From: Balanoglossus misakiensis
Lineage: Eukaryota; Animalia; Hemichordata
DNA: 64,000 nucleotides
Direction of reading: 5' to 3'
Assembly: GCA_040954595.2 (NCBI GenBank)
Contig: CM082592.2
Span: forward strand, 5,176,506-5,240,505
The position numbers were made by a program, and so were the translations under genes. Positions 53,001 to 64,000 of this stretch are shown piece after piece (the stretch's first letter is position 1; each line of letters opens with the position of its first letter). The notes below the pieces were generated by a model. The model was not told the DNA's origin and made no database searches. It was given only the letters and a program-made list of their open reading frames with translations.

Positions 53001-56000
53001 ATGTGGACGGACATACAGACATACATCCATACATCCATACATCCATACATCCATACATCCATACATACATCCATCCATACATACATACAGACGCAACCCA
53101 TCCCATAAGGTCCCATGGTATATAGGCCTATACCAATGGGACCTAAAAATGCACTCGGCCTAGGGCTACAGAGGAAAATATTCGGCAAGACTGACATACC
53201 ATAGACTTGAGCAGCTGAGGTTTGGAGATCTTGGGGATATGGCTGCCCTTGAGGATGGGGTGATCCCAGCTGTCCTTGGGGAGTTGGTGGCATCATCCTA
53301 TACACCTGGGGCTATGGACACACACAAAAAACACCAGTGAAACACAAAATATAGACAACTGAAGTAGTGTACAAGAAATTCCAGAAATATGTATCTGTGT
53401 CATAGTTCTGGTCAGCAGTGCACAATTATGAAGCGGTGTTGCGAATGACAACACAATGGTCTTGGAGTTCAGCACATGGGGTCTAACATCACAACGGACT
53501 TAATTTCTGTGCCACAAATAAAGCATACATACCTACATCCTATCATACATTGCGCTTACCTTTTGATACTGCAGGTTGTGTTGATACTGTACATGGTGCT
53601 GGGGTATCATCTGGCCCACCAGGGCATTCTGGTGTTGGGGTTGCGCGCCCGGCGGGTACTGCATCAAGTGGGTCTGAGAGTAGCCGACCGGCGCCACTAT
53701 GGGCTGACCTGTGGCGTGTGACACCTGCATCATGTGACCCGCGGGCATGTCCGGGTGATGCTGCGGAGGAGGTCGCTGCTGTATAAGATGAGCTGCGGAG
53801 AGTTGGAGGAAGAACAATGAATGCATTGAGAAATCCCATTGTGGCTGCTACAGTGACCAGAAGCAGACTTCAGTGAAGCCTCTCAACCCAAGAAGCCAAA
53901 GGGGTGTCGGAAACTGGTTAAGTGGTTGCCAGGTGTTGGTTTCTACATAATGTGTTGTGATTATTCTACAGCAAAGAACTGGAAAACTTTCCCTGAAGCA
54001 TATACATGTACTACCTTAAAATCTGTGTATGTACACTAACTAGATCACCAAAGTACTTACGCCTCTTCTGGAAACCACCCTGTTTCTGCTGCACTTGAGC
54101 CATCCCGGGATTGACGATGGTCGGGGCGGCGGCCGGCAAGTTCACCTGCATGGGAGTGCTGGTCATCACAGTGTACTGCTGCGACATCCCGGCAAAGACG
54201 GGCTGTCCGGCGTAGGCCATGTGGTGGGGGTGCTGCAGGTTGCCGCCAGGCTGCTGGGCGGGCGCCATCAGACCCGGGCTGGGCTGCTGCGGTCGAGGAG
54301 GAGTTGGTGCCTTGGCGACCGTTACTTTCTGCAAGCAGAGAAGCACACTTGTTACCTATCTATTTGGCTGTCAGGAGTAGACAGACATCATACTGTTTGT
54401 CTAAACATTTTTTTTCTATATATACTGACCATGAAAGCCACTGAGTATGGATAAGAAAAATAAACGTCTGGTATTATAAGCTTCAATCAGCATGAGGAAC
54501 ACTACTAAATGAGAAACACATCAAGGAATTCATAAACTGTATCATTCAGAGATGGTGCTTATAGGCACTAATTATATCGTTCATACTGGTTCTGAGCGTG
54601 CATGTGACAACACAGCAATTCTCCATTACAGTACAAAGTTTCTCAATCAAAGTCTGCAACATTTCAGGATTCTGTGAAGATTCCAGAACATCTTAACAGA
54701 ACTGAGTACAACCAATCACACTTACTGGAGCAAACGGTTTCGCTTGAGGATTTAACTTGAACTCCTTGGCCTCTGGATTCAGCTTGGATTTCTTGGTTAC
54801 ACTGCAACAGAAGAAAGCAATTTTTTTTAAACAGAAATCACAAACATTTCGTTTCTACCAAATTATTTTCAAATTCTAAAAAAAAATTCCGTTCCCCAGC
54901 TATTGCTGTGAAATTAACTCGACTACAGTGAGTGACATACAGTAACTCCAGTGGAACATCAACAAACTGAAATTAATGATGGGTGATAACACCCATGTAA
55001 TGTTAGCGTCGTCAAATACACACCGGCTATTTTTAGGACATGTAAGTGATGGCGTGCAGAAGCCATGGAACGCACGCGGTAAAATTTATGGCAGCTTTGG
55101 CTGAGCTGGTGATCAGTGTGATTTATCCATTTACATTCTGTTTGTGCTCTCTTCCAGAAATTACCACAGAATTCCCGAGGTAACTGAAGCCTGCTTTTGT
55201 GGAGATGTCTAGATTGGAGGCCGCAGTCTTCACGAACCGATGATTATCACAACCTATACATCTATAGAATGATCTTCAAAAATGCGGGACATAAGACATC
55301 TGTCTTCATAACAGCTGCGGGCCAAGTTTAAATTTATGCATTTTTTTAAGTAGCGTGACAGCGCTCGGGTACAGTTGAGTCGCAGCAGGGAAAGCTAGCA
55401 GCAGTTTTATAATGAAATATCACGACCTTTATTGGTTGATTAATTGTGGGCAAAGGCATTGGTGATTACAGCTGTGGTAAAAACCAGGGTCACACTAACA
55501 CAATTAATACAATGGTCAAACAGCTGATCACCATTTTATCAGTCCAACCACAAAAAAACAAAACAAGAGACAACTTACTCGTCCACTTTCGGGTTCTCCT
55601 TATCCTTGCCCGTTGGGGGCACCGTCTTTGGTGACGGGGAATCTTTGGGAACATCTGTACTACTACTACTACTACTACTGGCAGTGGTCTCTACACTGGT
55701 TTCAGCAGGTTTCGCTTCCTTGTTCTCCTTGGGGTTTTCCGTCTCTGCTTCTTTGGCTTTCCCACTGGTCTCCGGTTCCTGCTGTTGGAAAGAGAAGAGG
55801 AGGGTTACTCCGAGATAGACAGCAATCCACCCAAGCAGAATTCAAGAGACCCAATTTCATATGTTTTTACAAAATATTATTCTGAGGCATGTACTCGGAG
55901 AGAAATAAATGACATATGCAAGGTTTCAGAGTAAGTACTATGTTGAATGAGGAGAATATCACTTCATTACTGAACAAAGTGTAATTGTTTCTCACCTTCC

Positions 56001-59000
56001 GTTCACCAATATTAAATTCTTTTGAAAATTTCTTCAGCTCTTCTTGAACTTCACTGCGTGCTGCAACAAAAGTTCACAAATCTAACCTTAGTACAATTTT
56101 CATTTATTTTATGACAACAGCAACTTCAAGAATTTTTTTGTCTCAGTACATCAAAAGAAAGCAACGATGGACCAAATTTCATAAATAACAGGACTAAGTT
56201 TCAATCAAACTTACATTTGAGATTTTGTTTCTTCTCTAACGTATTAGCTACGGGACTATTCTCCGGCTGCTGCTGTGGCGACGCAGACTGTTGCTGCGCT
56301 TGTGACTGCGACGGCTGCGGCTGTTGGGCTTGCGGTGGCCCCTGAGCCACTGGCGCCTGCTGCTGTGGCGCAGCAACTGGCACGTTGGCTGCAACAGCTG
56401 GTTGTTGTGGTTGTGGTTGTGGTGGTGGTGGCGCGACTTGTGCAGGCGCTGGCACTGGATTACTGCTGCTAATACTCGAGGTAGGTGGTGGCTGGCTTGG
56501 GGGTTGTTTGCCGTCGGCCGGTGCGCCCCTGCCCCTGACCACGTCGCTAAGTTTCCTCCCGGTCTGGTACGCTGATGGTGGGCTGACACCTGGCGGGGTG
56601 TTCCTCCCGCCGTCCAACACTTTTCTGTCGGCCCTATCCACTGATTTGAGAAAATGCACAAACATTCATGTCATAAGAATGTGTTGACTGGGTGTCAAGT
56701 TAAAATTATGATTTCCCAATACTGACACGGCAAAATTAGTCATATTCAAAGAAATCAGTCCAAAAAAATTTCATAACAAAATAACTTCAGATGGATTATG
56801 TTTTTGGAATGAGTAAATGCAATAAAATTTACCTCCACCGTTGACATTCATTTGTACATTGTCCGGTGCGTGATGCTCTCTGTGCATATGTGGCTGAGGT
56901 CTGTTGTATTGTGGTGGCCCTTGTGAAGATGGCTGGGGTCGCCCTCTGTACTGTGGTGGTCCAGGCTGACGATTCCTCAAAGCTGGAGGAACATACCTGT
57001 AAGAGGTGGGCAAGATATTTGTCTATAGAAATCCCAACGCCAAATGCCTAAATGCAAGACTAAGTGTTAAGATTTATAGACAAGTTAATTTCGTGACAAA
57101 ACATATGTTCACTAGGAAGGAAAACCTGGCAGTGCCTTTTTTTTTCTTCTGAGAAACAACACTTTGCAAGATAACTGCTGTGTATAGCTGTAATGAATAG
57201 TGCATCTCTTAATTCAATCTCGGCCTGTCGCTTACTTGTTAGGCTGGTGTCCATGCATGTTGGGACCGCCGGGGGGCATGACCACAGTAGTATCACCGCT
57301 GTTGTTGGGTCTGTGCACGGCGCTGTATTTGTCCTCCTCGGTGCCGTCCTCCACCTCCTTGGCCTGCCGCGTCTTGTGCGCCGGGCTGGACTCGATCTCC
57401 TTGGCCAGTCTGGCCGCCTCCATCTCCCTCTCCTTGTACTCCTTGGTGTCCTTCTTCTCCAGCTCCGTGGTGTACTGTGATAAGTTTTCTTCGAACGTGG
57501 AGCTGACACCGAATTTCGCCGTGTTGGTGCGGAACATGTCGTTCACGTCCCAACCGTTAGACTGCCAAGAGATGTGAACAGAGTTACAGACGGCACACAG
57601 CCATGCACATTCAACATGTTCATTTGCGTACCAGTTCTGGAGTTCAAGCTTCAGTTCAAGCTTTCAGCAGTTATGAAACACAGCATACGACTTTAACCCT
57701 AAGTTAACCCAATGTGCATTTGCACATGGTGACAAAAACCAACCACTTGACTGTGCAAGAACTGCAACGAAAAATCATGTTATTTACTTACAGTTTCTGA
57801 ATCTAGTGTGAGATCTTCAGGCTGAGTATCTCCTTGCCAGGGTTGTAAATCTCGTTCATTTATCTGACCATTCAGCTTGCTGCCACTAATCATTGAATCT
57901 GTAGCGAAGGAATCTGCAAGGCAATGGCATGACCAGAGGAAAATATTTATTATATTTATTGTTGTTGTTGTTGTTTACTAGTATAGTTCTTCTCCAAAAG
58001 TTGTAACAGAATAATTTTCTCATTTCATGCCCTTACGTGGGTTACATGTTTCATGGAACATTGTTATGTAGCTGAGAGATGAATTCTTCCCGTTGGAGAG
58101 TTTTATTCCGGTCAAGCATCAGCGAAAAAATCACGCCGGAATCAGACTGATCAGCGGGGACAAGAGCAGCTCATGCATGCAAGAACGGTAAATGTCAAAC
58201 GGAAGCACTCTGCCCACACACACACTGGGTGGCTGGGTTTTACTGCGGGAATCCATGCATGTGAAATACATACGCGGCAAACATGGTGCTAGTACACAAC
58301 CCTCGCAACATGACAGATGAACGACGTCTCTGTGGATCACGAGAGATTCCTGGTTTTCTTCAGATTTCTAAATTCAAAGCACTGTACTCGCCACATGTCC
58401 AGAAACGTAGAATTAAGTCCCAAATACAAATGACTGTTTAATGCTATCCCTTCTCCAGGGATGCAGAACTTAATTTTTTTTCCTGGAAGTAATTATCTGA
58501 ATGCTTGTTTGCCAATGGTGATGGTGCATTCCCATTTTCCTGAATCACCATCAATATTCTTTGTTGGATAGCTGTGATTCCGATGAATGCACATGCAGGT
58601 CTTAAATGCATATTTTTCCCCCCGAGTGAAGAAATCATGGTATTATCAAAATCTGAAGGAGCCTCTACATGGACATTTTTTTCCAACAATAATTCTGGAT
58701 CACGGCAAGTATCACTATTCATGATAAATTTCGGTGTCCTCGTTAATTTTATTCACTGTCTGCTTCAAACAGACAATAGGATCCCCGACAATGTAGATAT
58801 TCTGAACGATACAATTCCTATTAGGCTGATGTCGTGAAGAACAAGACAAGTCCATTGTCATTTTGAGATGGGGAAAAAAGCCTTACAATAAAGAGATTTT
58901 GAGTGATACGATTACTGTTGGGCTATTGTCATGACAAGACAGACAATTCCATTGTCATATTGAGAGAGAAAAAAAAAATCCCGGGCATCCAAGTAACTGC

Positions 59001-62000
59001 TTTCCACATGAATGACTGCTCGTTTATTGAGGCTCTTTGCGATAACAAAGACCTGTCATTACCATCAGAATAGCTATTGTTTTCTACCATCCCTCTTTTC
59101 CCCCCTATTCCTGGAAGTGGCAAGCCCGTACAGGCCCCGAGAAGTTTAACTGCTAATCTCAAAGAGGTCGGCACACATTGTCGGCATACCTTTAGTTGCA
59201 TAGTCAAGATCGACATCTTCTGCTGTTAATGACACTATATCTTGAGCTTTGAGAATGATTTTGTCAATGATGTGTTCGCGTGTCGGAACTGCTGATGCTA
59301 CATCGTGGTTGGCGATCTCGTCGTTAATTTTACTTGCCATTTCCAGCACAAACTCAGCCTGTGGGAGAAAAGGAAATTAAATTGTAAAATAAAATAAGAT
59401 GCAGTTTGCAAAGACGGAGAAGAAAACATTAGGGTTTTGGTTGAGTGTAAAGTTGTGTGTGAAGAACCTGATTTTCCATTGAACCAGCATTTTCACAGTT
59501 GGTGATTTTTGCACGGAAAACACTTACCTTTGAGGAAGCTGTCCTAAATATTCCTTCATATTGACTTCCATTTTTAACTTGAATTTTCACACCACATCCC
59601 TGTTTGTAAGATAAAAATGTAAAACACTTAACCTTGCATATCTGGCCAATGTGTGTAATCATCAACACAAAGACATACACAGGGAAACATGCTTCAATCA
59701 TCTTTCCTTGCCATGACACCATAACTCATCATATGTTGACACTACTGGCTGTCACAAACAAAATATTTATTATAAATTTTACTTCATATTTAACTTCATT
59801 ACAAAAGCTTTCATTTGCAGGATTTGTATTTTGCATTTTCATATATATTTCATCTTCACATTCCAGAGTCAAAATCCCTTAAATGTAAGTGACGCCTACA
59901 AATCTGCAACGTTTTGATCATGACATGCACCGAAAAATAAAATATTTACCAAAGATTATAGACCTGACTTCTTTACTTATAAGGTTTACAGGAGAAATAA
60001 TCCCCATGGATGAAGGCTGAGTTCTATACAGAGAACAATGCTAATGCCGTATTGATTTTTCACAGTTCTGTTTAATTAGTTGAGCAGGGAAATTGCTCTC
60101 CAGCTGACACCAGTGTGATCAATCAATTAATATCACCACTCAAATTGATGTCAGCAAAATATTTAAATGTAAAATACACTAAATGCCGCCCCTATACTTT
60201 TCCTAATCCACTGTCTGGTTTTACATATTGGGTAACTTGAAACTGCTGGGTGGTGCTGAGAAAATTCAAACCCTGATCACACACCTCAGTAATAGGTCAG
60301 GAGGAGCAATGTTTGTTATTGCATGTCTCCTTCTCTCATCTACTGCAGTGAATGTGTAATTACACAAGAGCTTGTCACATCACCGCTTGTGTGAAAAGCC
60401 GAGACAAACACAAATTTGTCAATATGTCACGTACGAGAGCACCGCGCCAAAAGATGGCTTTTGGATCAGGCCTCTATTTCTCGTGGCCAAAAAAATGATC
60501 AAGCGATCACGCTACACTGAGTATTTATAAATTAATGATGCTAAAGAAAACACCTGGCAGATACAGGGCCGCCCTGACATCTCACATTTACCATACACAT
60601 GTACCACTGGGGATGGGGTATAGTTTTTACTAGCCGCACACCTACACATGCTAGCAACTAATTTGTCAAATATGGATGTACATTGTAGAGACCTTTACAT
60701 CTGATAAAATTAATTGATAACCAGATATCAATGGCAACACACACTTACAGAAAGACACACTTCACCAGTATTATAGCAGTGTACATTTCATTAAATTTAA
60801 CACATTTTTTCAATAAATTGGATATAAATTCCACATGGCCATTCGGGATTACCGGTTAATTGATTTTTACTTGCAGCATTCCAATCTCTCTGAGCCTCTA
60901 CACAAAGGTTTAAAACAAATATTCTTTTAAAAAATTCAGAATCTCAATAATTCCACAAATATACAACCAAATTCTTTTCCAATATATCATCACCAAACAC
61001 CTTCTTAATATTCCATTAACAAACACTATCCATCGTAACAACCGGCGGCAATGAAAAAAAATACTAACGTCCTTCATTTCCCTAGTGAGTCATCTGCTGA
61101 AGAATTTCCATAGCCTTGCTTCTATTATTTTTATTGTCTGATTTCAAGGACCCTCCCCAATGATAGGAGCTTAGATTAAAATTCACAGACAAACCAATTA
61201 TAATCGACACACTGCGGTGGATGAAGTCACCAAGATTTCTTAAATCCACCAGTTCAGGGCTGTTACATTGTAAATTTGATAATGCAATCACGAAGTAAAT
61301 ACCACCACAATTCAACATAAATTGACAGTTGCGAAATTTCTATCAATATGTAAATTTATTTTGTGGTCTGGAGCATTACTAAATTTCCCCAATATTTACC
61401 AAGAGTCAAGTATGACTTTCTATTATCATACTGCTTTCAGAATTTTTTTTCCTGAGAAGCTAAACGCCTAAGCACGCTAAAATTCAATTTGTTTGCATGT
61501 CAAGAACACTTCTATTTGCACATACATAAACAGTATATTAGCTTGCCATCGGTGAGGCGGCAATTTTGATGATTTATTTGTAAATTATTTAAATTGTCAA
61601 ACAGTTTATTCCCACTACATATTTTGTACAATATTTGTGTCCAATATTAAAAATATCTTTTTCTGTAAATTCATGATGTACTTACCGTTACAGCAGCTAA
61701 TACATGACTAAAACGTGGATTGGAATATATTCCTTCAAAATTCTGAAAGTTGAAAAAAGGAAACAGAAAAATCTATTATTTATGTACATTTGATAAAATA
61801 ATCTAATGTGAGATCTGTCTTGCAAGTGCTGCATGATTTTCTCTAGTGACATTGGTTGATTCATAGAAACGTTCAGTGAAAGGTCAGTCTGTTTATAATG
61901 CACCAAGGCCATGGTTCTTGGAAATGCTAAGTATGAAATGACCTGTGACCCTGTGCGAAAAGGTCGCCCTACTGTTAACTTTCGACTCACCGCAACTAAC

Positions 62001-63094
62001 CCGACTCCTCTTTATGTAGGTCAAAACCCCCTCCATTTAAAAAAACAGCGTCACCGCACATGAGTGCACTCATTGCGAGGGCTTCTGAATCACACCCACA
62101 CACAGGGAGTAGGTGGGAAGTGTGTGTCAGCTCTGGATGTATGACAGACAGAATCCTCACATTGATGAGGTGAGTCTGTCTCCAGTGTCAAGGATGTCAT
62201 GTGAGTGCCCTCAAGACAAGACTAACACCCCATCCTTCCGCTTTCTCTCTCTCCCTCTCTCTTGAACGGAGTCAAGTAACGTCAGTCACTCATCATCACA
62301 CATGGATTGCATACAGCGAGTCTCGGTTGCATCATCTTCCCACTCAAGTATCATTTCAAAGCGACTTACATGATTTGAAACTCTTTTGCTACGCAAGAGA
62401 CATCATCACTGGCTAGCAAACTGCAACCGTTTCACCCTCACAGAAAGATTTATCACATGTAATAAACACTCTGATTGTTGTCTGTTGGATTGAACTTGTG
62501 TGTACTTTTTCAACAAGGAAAGTTGGATAGCCTGGATACATAATGACCTTGACACCAATACCACCAACTTGGCCTTTGAGTAATCTGATTTGGCATCAGT
62601 TTACTTCACAATTTCAGTTGGCCTTCACCCACTTTCCTCTAAATACAGGTTCAGTCTTTCCATACAGTAACATGAAAGAGCATCCACTATGAATCCCAAA
62701 GCCTGCATTTTCCCTGCAAATATTCCTTCCCCGCTCTCCCTGAATAATTAGACGTGCATGTAGTCAAGTAATCACTCATGGAAACGGAGTAAGACGAACA
62801 AGAACAATTTTCTCGGCAGCGTCTCAAGATGATCAATGGCGACGAGCAGACAGAATGTCTTATTCGAACAAAGCTACCCCCAATGATAAATTGCAGACCA
62901 GGGATTTCCTCTCTACTTGCAGATGGAATCATACCTACATAACAATGCAGAGAAAATGCGCAATCGAAATGGATACTTTGGATTGGAAAGAGTGGAGGGG
63001 ATGGAGTATGACAGCTGTACATACATCATAACTTACGGACTGAGCATTCTGCGACCCAGGTCCCTTGGTGCTGATATTGCCACGACCACCGCTC
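47086..63094 (-). CDS. ATXN2: Ataxin-2 homolog (LSm, LsmAD, PAM2, Q/P/H-rich C-terminus); 5' end outside the window
   Basis: Exons 63037-63094, 61686-61742 (FEGIYSNPRFSHVL), 59528-59599 (IQVKNGSQYEGIFRT), 59190-59358, 57792-57913 (FATDSMISG), 57236-57561 (NGWDVNDMFRTN...FEENLSQYT...EAARLAKEIESS), 56833-56996 (KYVPP), 56215-56640, 55996-56060 (ELKKFSKEF), 55579-55781, 54726-54801 (PAM2), 54061-54328, 53560-53792, 53200-53305, 50513-51202 have consistent phases. Terminal exons 49759-49830 and 47086-47201 are tentative; an alternative stop lies at 50505-50507. Confidence 0.93.
51433..52600. repeat. Tandem array, ~4.9 copies of a 238-240-bp unit
   Basis: The unit marker ctgctct(g/a)g occurs at 51435, 51673, 51912, 52152 and 52390. 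Units are highly similar and the last is the most diverged. Confidence 0.97.
53005..53092. repeat. (CATA)/(CATC) microsatellite inside the HINE-like element
   Basis: Directly visible. Confidence 0.9.
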
Positions 63095-64000
63095 CTGCAA
63101 GAAGAACAGAATGAATACACAAAGAGGCGTTAGAAAACAGACGTCACAGCATTTTCATATCGTCATGTTGCACGATTGTAACTAATACAAGCAGGACACG
63201 GCAGTTTTTGACTTTCTTTCTTCTAATAAAGCATTTCATCATGTATGACATGAGCGTGATACCTAACAGTCGAATGGCATTTACCCAGAGGCCCTGTGAA
63301 GGTCAACCATTTATACATCTTGCGGTTGGTTCAGCTAAACAGCTGAAATAATACCACAGCATTATATCCAACTGCCTGATTTCATAAAAAAACATCTCTT
63401 GCAAGCTCATTTGACGATTCGTTCTCTGGGTTTACATATGTGCCAAATATAGATATGCGTCATATATTATGTACACTTTTCTGATGATATAAGCAATGCA
63501 GGTCAGACAAGTCCCCCAAGTGATATGCTCATTACGATATATTGTGTCGTTACGCTATCCTACACTCGCAGGGGCACACGCGTGCAATCCATCCGCCATT
63601 CGCGACCAGTAGCTGCTATAATATCAGACAACATAGGGTATAACCACCGATCCGGGTCGTGGCCTGCTAACATTTGGCTGCATAGACAGCGCCCAAAGTT
63701 ACTGAACCTGTGTTCAGGGTCATACTTTTAACATTTCTACTGTGACATGTCACGAGATGAAAATGTAGTTGTCATAAAAAGCTGACATCATTAGAAAGAA
63801 TGAATTAAACTATCCTTTAAGCATATATTCTGTCATAAATTCTACAGTTCTACTGAAAACCCCACCTACCCTCAGTAGCATGTCTTTGTACCCATGTCCT
63901 CAAGGGACAGATAACTAAAGAAAGGGCAAAAATCATACACAAGGATCTACCAGATAGGCACTGGGAAGTGATCAAATTTGACAGCGAGGGAATTCCCTGA

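Larger units (their letters stand above)
51372..53149 (-). mobile_element. Non-autonomous Helentron-associated element (DINE-1/HINE/pearl-like) with an internal tandem array
   Basis: On the minus strand: T-run; subterminal repeat aggtcccatt with a nearby inverted copy (53108-53144); microsatellite; core; tandem repeats; second subTIR (ggtcccatt on +, 51395-51403); 3' stem-loop agcgtc-aag-gacact (51378-51392); T-run. Confidence 0.8.

Overview
Eukaryotic, intron-rich, AT-rich metazoan DNA. Gene content and style suggest a marine invertebrate bilaterian, but the species cannot be fixed from the sequence. Five protein-coding genes were reconstructed by hand from GT-AG boundaries and reading frames. 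(1) A minus-strand secreted-type protein with signal peptide, Reeler domain and at least 26 single-exon EGF repeats, running off the left edge. (2) Head-to-head with it, 900 bp away, a plus-strand type-I membrane protein (~520 aa) with a highly diverged Reeler-like N-terminus that has the same intron phases as gene 1, 3 full and 1 truncated EGF, a TM helix and a tyrosine-motif tail. (3) An SVOP-like MFS transporter. (4) A TBC1D10 (EPI64-like) Rab-GAP. (5) Ataxin-2, 5'-truncated at the right edge, with a tandem PAM2 motif. Introns hold a structurally complete DINE-1/HINE (Helentron-associated)-type element with five ~239-bp tandem repeats, several MITEs, and decayed coding remnants loosely resembling Mab-21/cGAS-like proteins. 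The best candidate for an undescribed system is the divergently transcribed Reeler-EGF pair. No database searches were run; family calls rest on recalled motifs.
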